Assembly (NCBI GenBank): GCA_028023455.1
Contig: JAQFVV010000003.1
Location: 11,656,001-11,720,000 of the forward strand
DNA length: 64,000 nt
Source of the DNA: Epiperipatus broadwayi
Taxonomy: Eukaryota > Animalia > Onychophora
Direction: 5' to 3'
Shown here in pieces: positions 13,751-26,145 of this stretch (position 1 is the stretch's first letter; every line of letters begins with the position of its first letter). A program made the translations under genes and the position numbers. Below the pieces are notes generated by a model. It saw nothing but the letters and a program-made list of their open reading frames with translations, ran no database searches and was not told where the DNA came from.

Positions 13751-13857
13751 TTTTTTTAAAAGTGTCATAGCATCAGCCGAGATGCGAACCCGCAACCCAG
13801 GCAACTGCCTGCAAGTGCAAGGCAGTCGCACTAACCTCTCAACCACCAATGCAAGAC
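13751..13857 (-). mobile_element. Short tRNA-derived retroposon (SINE-like / retrocopied tRNA pseudogene)
   Basis: tRNA-like body 13770-13852 (GCATTGG...CTGATGC acceptor stem, A-box TGGTTGAGAGG, B-box GGTTCGCATC, TGC anticodon with a CTTGCA duplication); A-rich tail; 15-bp TSD AATATAAGAGTCCTT (13736-13750, 13858-13872). Confidence 0.8.
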
Positions 13858-14242
13858 AATATAAGAGTCCTTAGCAAGAGCTTCAGCAGATTTTTCAGAT
13901 TTTTAAGAACAAACGAAAAGTTCTTTATTTATACTACTTTTCCCCAATTGTGTTTTTAATTAGACTACTTATTAGTAGCCTATTGTTTCAAATTTTCCTC
14001 TGTTATCTATTTTCTTTTAATTAAAATCTTTCATAAAATAATTGCATTCTTTAATGGGTTATGTTTAATAATGAAAATTTATCTTATCTCTTTCTGCCAT
14101 CATATTTTAAAATTAAAAAAAAATTTAACAAAAATTCTCTTATATTTTATTTCATTAACTTTTCCCCCTCTTAAAATAATTTCCCTTAAAATAATATATA
14201 ACTGTTGATGCAGGTCATTATTTAAGTTTGAGAAAAAAAATA

Positions 14243-14288
14243 CATTCACTGTGGTTGGACTTAGGTCTTAGTTAGTCCACAGTGAATG
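14243..14288. repeat. Small hairpin (12-bp perfect inverted repeat)
   Basis: CATTCACTGTGG (14243-14254) and CCACAGTGAATG (14277-14288). Confidence 0.55.
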
Positions 14289-14405
14289 GTGAAGCCAGCA
14301 TATATATCATTGTATATATATGCACAGCTTCAATAAATACAAATTTTTTCACATAAGGATTTTCAAATTTACTTGAAACCAACATAAAGACTAATAAACA
14401 ATAAG

Positions 14406-14692
14406 TTAAACAATTCAAAGCAAAGCAAAACTCTCCATACAGTAGTGCCATCTTGTGCCAACAAGAGCAATCAATGGATGCCAGAAGGCTTGAGCATAAA
14501 ATCCCTATCTAGTGCCTACTCATCCAATATCCTCAGACTAGTTTCTAGCTTGTGACCTTCATCAGTGAGGAGCCTTGTTGGTACAAGATGGCACTACTGT
14601 ATGGAGAGTTTTGCTTTGTTTTGAATTGTTTAATAACAATTATGTGTAGTATGAGATAGTGATCATGTGATGTTTAGTGGTTTAAACAATAA
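14406..14692 (-). mobile_element. Penelope pLTR-like / retrozyme-like repeat, copy 3 (inverted composite)
   Basis: Minus-strand fragment 14406-14573 containing the hammerhead, followed by a plus-strand tail-to-head junction 14574-14692. 60-bp inverted repeat 14406-14465 / 14574-14633. 13-bp direct repeat TAAACAATAAGTT at 14395-14407 and 14683-14695. Confidence 0.7.
14530..14571 (-). ncRNA. Minimal type I hammerhead ribozyme motif
   Basis: Minus strand TCCTCA-CTGATGA-aggtcacaagcta-GAAAC-ta-GTC-TGAGGA: perfect helix I and a palindromic ACTAGT in helix III. Confidence 0.7.
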
Positions 14693-15885
14693 GTTGGTTG
14701 AATGAAACTTTTAATAAATGATATATTTAAGAACTTATTCCATATAGTATAGACATTTATTTAATAAAAATATTTTTGTACATTTTAAATTTTACACTTT
14801 CTTCATAACATAACTTTTGTACTATAGATGGAACAGAAAATTATATAATTTTATAGAAAACTTATTGAATGAAAATACTATTCTCCATTTTCAATAAATC
14901 ATGGAATGGTAAAAGATCATGTGACATTCAAGCATCAAAAACATTAAATTAAATTTTAATCCAGGAACTTTATCTATTAAGTCTATTGTGCTGAAACTGT
15001 GCTAAACCCTACAAAACATTTTAAAACAGTGGGAAATGATATACATATCAAAAGCTAAAGATATCTGAGTCAAAGTTCAATCTCTCATTTCTGGTTCTCA
15101 AAACATAACCTCTTAAATAATTAACCATTTGATTTTGATTTTTTTATTCTAATATACAATAGTGATTTTTCATAGAAAATTACTTTAGACATATTAATTT
15201 TAGTGAACAGATGACTTTTTTGTTTTTTGAACTTTTGATCTTTTCTTATAGATCTGAATTGTGTTTGAGAATTGAGAGGTCCATGTGATGTCATTATTCC
15301 GTCTTACTGGCTGTCACGTAAGCATGGGTAAGGCGTATCTGTTGAAGGTTTTAGCTTTCACGTTATTACAATATTATCTGTTTATGCTTAATAAATTTGA
15401 TATATTTAAAGTAATTGATTTAACTTTTCAAGGTGACTCCTCAAACAGGAATGCTTACATTTTAAAACTAAGATCTATTGAATAAATTTTATTAATTACA
15501 AGAGAGAACTAACACTCAAGTCAAGTGAAATAAAACACTATTAGATTGTTAGCAGTATCATTCTTTTATAATTTCAGTAAATATTCCCATTAAATATTTA
15601 TGTGTTATACATATACATTAAACATAAATTAATAAAAGTACCTAATGGTAATAAAAATTATAATACATGCACTTTTTGTTTAGTGCCAATATAATGTTTT
15701 TGTTTTTTTTATTTAATTTAATATAAAACTAATGAAGAACTTAAATCTGTAAATTGTAAAAAGAGACTATATGTACATAGATCAAATATCCTTTTTTTTT
15801 GTAGATCAAATATCTTTTTTTTTTTTGTAAAGATGTATGTGAATGTGCTAAGGAAAATTACTTCTGTGAAGGTATAAGTTCTTGA

Positions 15886-16271
15886 TTGAGCATACCAATC
15901 TAATCATAAGTATCTATGTAAAGCTATGAGGATTTTAAAATATTGCAAATGCATACAATATTAGGATTATGAACAAATCAGAAAATATGATAAATTTATT
16001 TCCAAAGAAGAAAAGACTAGATATCATGGAATTGTAGAAGATAAATAGGAGGTGAAGAAAATAGTAAAGAGATTGCAAGGTTGAGCATACCAATCTAATC
16101 ATAAGTACCTATGTAAAGCTATCAGGATTTTAAAATATTGCAAATGCATACAATATTAGGATTATGAACAAATCAAAAAATATGATAAATTTATTTCCAA
16201 AGAAAAGACTAGATATCATGGAATTGTAGAAGATAGATAGGAGGTGAAGAAAATAGTAAAGAGATTGCAGG
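15886..16271 (+). repeat. Direct tandem duplication, ~195-bp unit x2
   Basis: Units start TTGAGCATACCAATC at 15886 and 16081; only a few differences. Confidence 0.9.
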
Positions 16272-17332
16272 GTTTTATATTCTAAAAATAGAAGTCAACA
16301 TAATAGCATAGGTATTATTTTAATTTCAAAATGCAAAAAAAAAAATGTTATATGTAGCACTTTAACAAATGAGAGATAATTATTGACAAGATTAAAACCA
16401 TGCCCAAGAGATTTTATGCCAATAATAAAAACATAAATTGTGGTGATGTTGGAGTAAAAAATATGTTTTTAAAATTGAAAACTCACTGAAAAGGAATATA
16501 TAAATAGTTGAATAATAATAATAGCAAATTAGAATTTTTTGGTAGGATAAAAAAGAAATGATAAAATTATATAATATTATAACTTGGAAATAAGAAATGA
16601 GAAATTTTTGTATAGAAAATAGTATATTAATAATAACTGAATAAGTTTAAAATCAGAAGGGATCAACACAATAAAAGATCCAAGAGATTAAAAATAGATT
16701 TCCATTAGAATATGTTTTGATTTAAAACAAATTAGAAGAGATAATACAAATATATGCACACATTAATAAAGTGTATATTCAAATCAAAATGAGACAATGG
16801 AAGAATTTAATATTATGTTTTTAAAAAAATAAAAACTGTGACAAGAAAAAATTAATATTTGAAAAACATTTTCAATTTGTTAGATTTAACAAATGTAAAT
16901 TTAAATAGCATAAAAATTACTTTAAAAAAAAATTTAATTAACACTGCAGTATATATGTAAAAGAACAAAAAAGTCTTAAGTTGATAATAAGATAGTGAAT
17001 AAAATGGTAAAAAGAATAAGATGAAAAATACATACATTCTGTAAATATAAAAATATTACAAATAAGCGCATTTTAAGTATTCTCTGTTTAATAAAACCTA
17101 AATTCTGAATTGTAAACAATGGCAATATATGTCTCATATGATTAGTATCAGAGAAACCCCCTTTAGATTTACAGTCTTAACATTACTAATCATGTATCAA
17201 AATTTTTTTGAATGTTATCTATAAGAAGGTAGTCATAATATATAATATTTTAATTAAATATAATGAGTTAATAGAAAGAATTAAATGTTTCCTTCATAAC
17301 AACTTTATAACACATTTATTATATAATTGTTA

Positions 17333-17917
17333 TTAAAACAGGCAAAACTCACTATATATATTGCCACACACAGCAAGCTAGAGTAATCAATGGATGTCAG
17401 AAGGCTTGTGCATAAAATCCCCATCTAGTGCCTACTCATCCAATATCCCCAGAGTAGTTTCTGGCTTATGGCTGTCATCAGTGAGGAGCCTTGGATCTGA
17501 GAGCACTGCATCTAGATCTTAGGATCTAATGCAACCCTCCAGCAATCACCTTTTATCTCCATTTAACTAAAAAACGATGAATCTTAAACTGAAAACATCT
17601 TAATGTTTTCAATCCAAGCACATCAGCTTATATAGTCATATGGGTCTGAACCCAGTTCAATACCCATACATTTTGGTGGTGTCTTTGGTTCTTTAATAAT
17701 CATATCCACCACTATCCTATTAGGCAGGATTGGTTTTAAGCCAATAAATATCACATGACCACCTTCTCTTATACTTGTGTATAACTGTTGTTAAAACAGA
17801 CAAAACTCACTACATATATTGCCACACAGCGCAAACCTAGAGTAATCAATGGATGCTAAAAGGCTTGTGCATAAAATCCCCATCTAGTGCCTACTCATCC
17901 AATATCCCCAGAGTAGT
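17333..17917 (-). mobile_element. Penelope pLTR-like / retrozyme-like repeat, copy 2 (one full 458-bp unit plus partial tandem repeat)
   Basis: 17333-17459 is repeated at 17791-17917 (period 458). Homologous to 1317-1736 in the opposite orientation. No ORF. Confidence 0.8.
17446..17487 (-). ncRNA. Hammerhead ribozyme motif (variant, CUC triplet)
   Basis: Minus strand TCCTCA-CTGATGA-cagccataagcca-GAAAC-ta-CTC-TGGGGA; the G-to-C change breaks helix III pairing. Confidence 0.55.
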
Positions 17918-19561
17918 AATTTTTATATGTAATTTTTTTTTATATACATTTTTGAATTAGATCTAAAACTCTTTGAACAGTTTAACAAAAAGATAATGTA
18001 ATTTTTTTGTAAGATACACATAATAAATTAACCATTGGGAGGGGGGAGGTAATTTTCTTGTGAATAATCTTTTAACCAATATAATTTTTTTGTCAAATAT
18101 GTTGCATATAACTTGTAATTTTTGAACACAAGTCACTTTACTATATTTCTTTTTGATGAAAACCAATCTTCTGGTTGAAATATTAAAGATAGTAATACTG
18201 TTTCCGGTTTTTGGGGGGGATATATTCCCATTAGTTAATTTTTTTATATATAGTTTTATATATGTGGGGTTTTTTTTTTAACGATATGGTGAAAAGGAAG
18301 TAATACCAAATGAAGTAGTTCGCTAAATAAGCAATTAAAATTGCCATCTTTTTTTTTTTTTTTTAAACTATTAAAAATCTGGCAGAAAAGAGCATTTGTA
18401 GTAAAATATATATATATAGTATTCTGAAAAAGAATTAATAATTACTTAACAATAAACTTATTCTGACTCAATTAAATATAAGTTTTAAAAAATATGCATT
18501 TTATGAGTTATGGACTCATAAAACAGAACTTGAATTTCTCCTCATAGACAAACAATACTTTATTATGAACATTTTTGGCCACCTTTTTATAAGATTCTAA
18601 TATATAAGATTTCAGAATTAAGTGTGGGTAAAATAAAAGTTTAAGCAGAAACAAAGTACCTATAATAAAAAATTATTAATAATTATTTATTTAATAGTAA
18701 ATTTGCTCTGATGCAGTTAAAAGAATAAAATGTAGTGTTTATATGTTATATATATATATATCTTTTAAAAAAATCATAATCAACATTTTATTTATTTTTG
18801 GAAAAAAGGAATGATGATATTTAACCAGAGCTGAAGGATAGGGATCGGAACCCCCTTGTAAAAATATGTATTAACAGCAAAAATAAAACGCGAAACAAAT
18901 ACAGCTAATAGAGGATGGATATGGGAATGTAATGAAATAAAGGAATTACAAAAAAAAAAAAAAGGTTACTTGGTATAATATAAAAAAATCAGAATCACAG
19001 TAATGAAGTAATATGACTTAAAAATAGTAATTATTATTAATGAAAGCAGGTGCACTGAAAAGATGATAAAGAATTTTGCATAATCTATAATATAAAAATA
19101 CCTTATATTAATTAAATACTCAGGTAATGAAAAATAAAAGAGATTGTGGAATAATGAAGGAAAGGTTACCAAAGTATTAATTGAGTGGGAAATTAGTGAT
19201 TGATGAAATAGGGAAGGTTCTACAAGAACATGTCGACCTTTTGATGTAATTTATTACAAAGGAAAGTGGTAAATATGTTTTATTTCAATAATTATGGGTG
19301 AATTACAAAAATTGTCAAATTCCATAAAATGTGAGAATTTTAAAATAAATTAACATAATCTCACATGTGACTGAGAATTTAAATATGAAGAGCAGTTTTA
19401 ATTTAAATGATGATGGATAAGAGATACAGCTGAAATTATAAAACTATTATTGAAAGATGATATAGAGAGAAAAAGAAAGAAAAAAAGCCTTAACAAAATA
19501 TTATATAGATTATATTATTACATTATTAATTCAAATAAGTTTGGATAAGTTTGGGTAAAAA

Positions 19562-20420
19562 TCTTTATCAACATCATTTTTCATTATTATCAATCCATTG
19601 CAGAATGAAAGTCTAACTTCAATTCATTTTCTCTGATCTCTAATCTCTCTTTTCTCTAAATCACCCACACTTCCTTATTTCATTCATCCATCTCATATGC
19701 AGTCTCTTTCTAGATCTTTTACCATTTCTTGGAATCCCATTTAAGATTTCAACTGTCCAACTATTATTCAGTTTCTTAATTCATTCAATGATGTCAGTAA
19801 TACCTGTTGATTCTCTCACCCATGTATTTTGCTTTGTATCCTTTCTTATTACTCCTAACATATTTCTCTTCATACTTTTTTAAGTGATCTACTCTTTTAT
19901 TAAGAACCCAAGTCTCAGATCCATAAGTAAGAATGGCTAAACCATTTTTTTTAAATCTTTTCCTTTTCAAATACAAAAGCATATTTCTTTTTAATGTTAA
20001 GTTATTTATTTCTACCAAAAATACTCCATCCAAATTTAATTATATGATTAATTTCAACCATTATATTTCCTTCTGTAAATTTAGCCAAAATATTTGTAGT
20101 TATTAACTCCTTCCATCAATCTTTATTTTCTTCTTGTGAGAAAATCCATTAAACATTACTTTAGTCCTTTTAACTTTTACATTTAGTCCTATTTTTCTTT
20201 CATTTGGTAACTCTTGCAACATTTCTGAAGCTATAAAGCATTATTTGCAAAAATAATTACATCCGTTGCAAAATCTATATTTACTGAAAATTCATTGAAT
20301 ATTACTTTAGACTTTTTAACATTTATCTTTAGTCCCACTTTCTTACTTTCATTTGATAATTCTAGCAACATTTGTTGAAGCTCTAAAGCATTATTTGCAA
20401 AAACAATTACATTCTTTCCT
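19562..20420 (-). mobile_element. Degenerate RTE-type LINE 3' fragment
   Basis: Remnants VIVFANNALELQQMLLELSNESKKVGLKINVKKSKV and ILTYGSETWVL; 3' end matches 39390-39450; RT segment duplicated (~146-bp period, 20157-20415). Confidence 0.75.
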
Positions 20421-20672
20421 ACAGCACATTTAACGTTCGTGCGTGGATTTGCTGAAATTGTTGTATTCTTTTTTAAATTGCAGAAAAACTGAGTGGATTA
20501 TGCATGTGGCTATACCATCAGTCTCTGTGCCTTTTTTTCTCTTTCAGTAAGTATATATCATATTTTTCTCCAACAGAAAATGAAGTTTTTATTAATTTTT
20601 TTATGAATAAGGTTAATTTTTTTTTCTCAATTTATTACATTATAGGGAAAAAATAGTACGTAAATAAAACAA

Positions 20673-22100
20673 ATGGCAGAAATGGATTTTACCAACTTCA
20701 AGGAGTTTTCTGTTTCTAGGCCCTTTGACTCTGAGGATAGTGTTACATCCAGAAATTTAGAATCTTTTGCTTCGACATTGGAAGAAGAAACCCCATTACC
20801 AGCCAAAAAAGCAAAGAAAAAACCCGAAATGTATCTGTGAAAGTTAGCAGTAGACCAAGCCTTCATCTAGTAATAATAATATGCCTCTAAATGTAATTGA
20901 AGAATAGATAAGTATAGAAAATTTTACAAAGACTCCAGGTTTGAGGTGCTCTATTACAAGTGAGTACTCTATTTTAGACTTTTTTCATTTATTATTTGAT
21001 AAAAAAATGTGTGCAAAAATTGTAGTATATAAATTATATAATATTAAATCATTTATGCTCTTTATTATAAAGTATATAAATTCATTCAAAAATAACAAAA
21101 GTGTTTTTGCACCATGTCTCTATTATACAATATATAAATTTATTCAAATAACAAAAGTGATTTTTATACCATGTAATTTTGGGCCTTTGATCCAAGTTTG
21201 AAGCAACCTTATTTTGTAAACATAATGATTCTTAAAAGTTTTAATGATTTATTGTGTTTATATTTAATTTTGCATGTTTGTGTTTATATAACAATAATGA
21301 TTTACATATATAGAGCAGTTCAATGTAAAAATAGACTAATTATCAAATGTACAGAAAGGTTTCAGTTGATAAAGCTATCACAAAATTTACTGGGCATAGT
21401 ATCATGTGATAATATAAAAACACTTAAAACTAATAAAGAGAGATTTCAAATGGTATGGTGTAGTGGTAGCCACAATGGTTATGCATATACCACATGGAAT
21501 TGTATGCAGACAAAGAATCAAATTCTGATTCTTGCCTATGCCTTGATACTCATGCTGTGAAGTCAGTAGTTTTGCCACATCTTGCATCACATTATTTTCG
21601 AAGTCTATAGCTAGCAAATGAGCTATATGCAAATAAATTATTTCTCTGTGGGACAATAAATATAAAAGATAGCATTACTGGTATGCATAAAGAATATAAA
21701 CATCACTGATGTACACAAAAAAATATAAAATGAAGAGATGAAACTCATCAGTGATATAGAAAGTAGCGTACAATTTCTAGTTTTAGATAGACAAGAAGCC
21801 AATTGTTATAATGGCAAATGCATATCCACCTTCTGGAAATGATTTATTTTGTATCTCTTATTAGAATGAATCTTTTTCTTATAAATGCCTTTGAGATTTG
21901 TCAACTTTTGGGGTACAAGATAAAAATGAAGAATATTTATGTGAATAGCATTAACTCAGGTAAGAAGTATTATATATGGGTTGAAAGATAATTTTGTGAG
22001 AAATACAAAGAAATTATCAATGAAGATATAATTTAAACTTAGTTAATGCTAAATTAGAAATTATGAATAACAATTATGTCGGATGTTGAAATTTTTTTTT
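20673..22100 (+). pseudogene. piggyBac transposase remnant
   Basis: Frameshifted motifs VSVDKAITKFTGHSIM**Y (21359-), KLIKRDFK, VWCSGSHNGY, HHIIF and LCGTI match piggyBac svDEamikfkGr..kqY, KPiKrGfK.Wc...nGY and cGT. N-terminal MAEMDF...PAKKAKKKP carries an NLS-like stretch. No TTAA/TIR ends found. Confidence 0.7.
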
Positions 22101-23744
22101 TCTAATTTTTTAAATTGTAACCACTATTTGTCTTAGCCTTATTGTTTTCCTTAGTTTTTCTAATTTATATCAATGTAAAGTTTTTTGCTTTAATGTTATT
22201 AAAACTGAAGTTATTGTGAAAATTTGGTTTCAAGTCAGATTTTTAAAAAATTCAATATGGCACCTGGAGATTAAACAAGTTAATATTACCTTGTTCGTTG
22301 AAGCTGTAAATCAATGGTTGGAAACCTTTTAGATATTGCGAACCACTAACATAATTTTAAAGATTTGAATTAATATGAGCAGTAAGTATGATATATCACT
22401 ACAAAAGAATTTAAACTATAATATTGTATTTACCGTTATTTTATAACGGGTACTGTATTTTATATTTATTATATAAATTTATTACCATTATGAAATTTTC
22501 AGTCTTATGTAAATTTTGGCTAATTAAAGAATGGCAGAAACTATATATATATTAATATTTATATGTTTTATAATTTGTTAAAGAATTGTGTTTTATTTTG
22601 TTTTTTGTTAATATAATGTTCATTTTATTTCACAAAAATAAATGAATGTATAAATAAGTATTTGTTACATTTTATAGGTACAATTTTCTAATTCATATCT
22701 ACAAAATTTATTAAGATTAATAATGAATTATATTATATTCTTTAATAATTTTTATAGACTTGTTTTCCTTCAAAATTCTTAATAATTTTTTTTAGTTTTA
22801 CTTCACCCAATTACCAAGGGTGTGCCATGGTAAAAATTTGATGCCTAATCAATTGTACAGAATTCGGTATTCTTATTTTGTTACTTTTTCTATGCTACTG
22901 ACAGAGTAGGGATTAATTAAAGGTCTTTGAGATAGATGTTTTGCAAGTCACAATAGCATTTTGTAACAAATCATTTAGCAATATAATGTTCTTGTTCTAT
23001 TTTACATATAATAATACAGCTTAAATAAAATTTATTTTTTATTTAAAATTTTATTAAATGAGCTTAGTGAATTTAAATAATATCTGAATTTCTTTGTGGA
23101 CCATTAAAATTACATTATGGACCACCAGTGGTCTATGGCCCATCAGTTGCTGACTGCTGCTGTAGATTGCATTCAATCCCCAGCTGTATTATCCCAATGA
23201 AATCAATTGATATTATATTTCTTCTGAGTGTTTTTGATACAATTTCCAAAATATAAATGCAGCTTCTCCCATGAAAACTCAGATATATCACTAAATACAT
23301 TTTTAATAAGTCTATTCTGTTCATTTAATTTAATGCAGATTTTTACAATAGTAGATTTAGTAGTATCATATCCAGAAAGCTGAAGATCATAATGATCTAT
23401 TATATTTTTAAAATCTTAGAAAACATACACGAATTATTTCTGTTTTTATATTATGTTATACAGTAATTCTTATTATTATGATCATGAAATATCTAATAAA
23501 TTTAATTAACCCTATAACGTTTTTGAGAATGATGATCACATGATACTAATAGAATCATGCTATTGGTTTTATAAACATAATCTATGTTATAGATAATATA
23601 TAAAATATACATTTTTATCAGCTATTCAATTTTATTATAATTCACTTATGCACTGTATACATATATGTTTTTGAAAAATAAAAAATAATTAGAGCTTTTC
23701 ATTTTTATTTATTTAAATAATATTATTTAACAAACTCTTTTTAT

Positions 23745-24965
23745 ATACTAATAAAATATTCTAACAAAACTTGAGCTGAGTCAAGCCATTATGAAAAGAT
23801 ATAACTGTATAGATATATTCTCTCACTTAATAGCATTGAGTTAACTTTCAGCAAATTCTCACCAAAATCATAGTGCAAAATTAATTAACTAACTGTGGCA
23901 GAATGAAGATATAGTTTATAAAATATGCAAATTATTGGAGTGAAAAATGTAAATTATAAATATCAGATGTTCCTTTTTTTTTTTTTTTTGAGAAAGGGAC
24001 AAAAGATTCCCTATTGATTGAATTTGGATCTCTTGCAATAACCCATGCCTTCTTGAACTTTGTCTTATAATCATCCCACTCTATGCAGATCATCTTAATA
24101 TTAGAAGAGCAAAACATGTGTCCTGTAGCAAGCTTGGGTTCCAGGAAAATTGGCTTAGATAGAAGTGCTGGGTGACTCTCGTAGATCTATTATCTTGAGA
24201 ATCCAAGTAGTATGCAGATCAAAACTGGAGATGGGCATGAAATTTCATAGACTATTTGAGGAGCATGTTCAAATAAAGTTCTGTCTTTAATATTGTTCAG
24301 AATATTGTTAAGAAATGGTGGTGTTCTAAATGCTATTCGAACAGCGTCTGAGAAAATTTTTGAAATTTTGTTGCTATGCTAGGAATATAAGGGAGGCTAA
24401 TCTATGGCTTAAGTGGAATAGCAACAAAACTTCAAAAATTTGCTCAGACACTGTTTGAATAGAATTTAAAACACTGCCCTCTCTTAACAATCTTCTGAAC
24501 AATACTAAAGACAGAACTTTATTTGAACACACTTCCCAAATAGTCTATAAAATTTCATGCCCATCTCCAACTTGTAGAACAGCATACTATAGGGAATCTC
24601 AAGCTAATAGATCTATAAAAGTTGTCCAGCACTCCTATTTTTATAAAAAACCTAAAAAAAACAGCAATATAAGTCAATTTTCCTGCAAACAAGCTTGCTA
24701 TATGATACATTTCCCCCTTCTATCTGCATAGAGAGGGATGATAGTAAGAGAAAGTTCAAGGAGGCATGAGTTACTGCAAGAGACTCAAATTTAATCAATA
24801 GGAAAAAATATTGTGTCCCTTTGTCAAAAAATGAAACATCTGACATTTATAATTTACATTTCTCACTGCAATAATTTGCATATTTTATAAAATATATATT
24901 CTGGTGAGAATTTGCCAAAAATTAATTCTGCTTGATTCAGCTCAAGTTTTTTCAGAGTATTAAAT
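23745..24965. repeat. ~1.2-kb imperfect palindrome (foldback element)
   Basis: Arms align outward from a 40-nt spacer (24378-24417) to about 23750 and 24960, with a few indels. Confidence 0.85.
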
Positions 24966-25980
24966 AATATTAATATTAATACATATGAAAGAAAAATATT
25001 ATTTAAAAAGTATAACTAATTTACATACATTTTGATTTTCACTTAGTACTTTTTCTGTAATAAATTTTATGTATTATCAGTATCTGATAATTGTTATTTC
25101 TGAGCTATGATTGGACACAGTTAATGCTACTGTTGGAAAATGAAATTAAACTTTTTTAAAAATTACATGAATCACTGAGTTTTGTAATTTAAATTTATTT
25201 GGCACTGTATAATTTTTTAACATTAATAATTTAGGAAACAGTTCTAAAAAATGAATTTTTTGTAGCTATTGGCTCTATCAAACCAGTGTAAATATATTTG
25301 TAACAGAAACCACTGCATATATGTATACAACATATAATTAACCATTTATCTAATTTTTTTTAATTATAATTTTTGCATTTAAGAGGATTAGTTTTTATGT
25401 CTGGAAGATTTTTATCTAGTTTAATATCAATAAGTAGCTGATCTAAGAAGAATTGTTTAATTTGAACACAATTTTAAAAGTGCAGAGCTTTTGAAAGATA
25501 TTTATAATTTATAAGTTCAATTATCTATAAAATGAATTTTATTCAGATAAAATTTGATCTGTTAAAAATGAACAAAAGACGATATAATGACATTAATAAA
25601 ACATTAATATTAATAGCAATAACAAAAATTATGGTTTCATTAAAAGATAATAAAATATATACAGTAATGATTTAAAGAACTCATTAAAGTTAATAATATA
25701 GTTCTGCAGATGAGATTTTAGAATGAATTACCTTAGAGAACTGAAAATAATTTTAAACTACCACTAAGGATAATCAAAATTATTATTTAGTCATATATCA
25801 GTAAAATAATATTTAGTCATGTATCAGTAAAATAATATCCTCAACTTTATATAAATTCAAAAAAAAAAAAATGTCAGTTAATAAAAATTAAAGTACAGTA
25901 TATTGTGTTTTATTAATACACTAAATGCAAATAAAATTCTGAGTAATTTAAACTAATTATAAGAGAAGAAAACTTAATAG

Positions 25981-26108
25981 TATGAGTTTCTGACTTAATT
26001 TACCAAATGAATGGAAATAGTGAATTCTCTTAATAAATCAATACTATGAGTTTCTGACTTAATTTACCAAATGAATGGAAATAGTGAATTCTCTTAATAA
26101 ATCAATAC
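25981..26108 (+). repeat. Perfect tandem duplication, 64 bp x2
   Basis: Identical units start at 25981 and 26045. Confidence 0.95.
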
Positions 26109-26145
26109 TAGTATATTGTAAATACTGAACTTTAAAATTAATTAA

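Noticed and set aside
15251-15330. Acceptor-bounded segment reading DLNCV*ELRGPCDVIIPSYWLS (possible Sec UGA)
   Set aside because: Does not resemble a selenoprotein motif I recognise, no SECIS evidence, and strand and frame are ambiguous.
20627-20866. Minus-strand 79-aa ORF
   Set aside because: Antisense to the piggyBac N-terminal coding stretch on the plus strand.
25981-26108. Direct repeats as a CRISPR-like array
   Set aside because: Two adjacent identical units without spacers, in a eukaryotic context.
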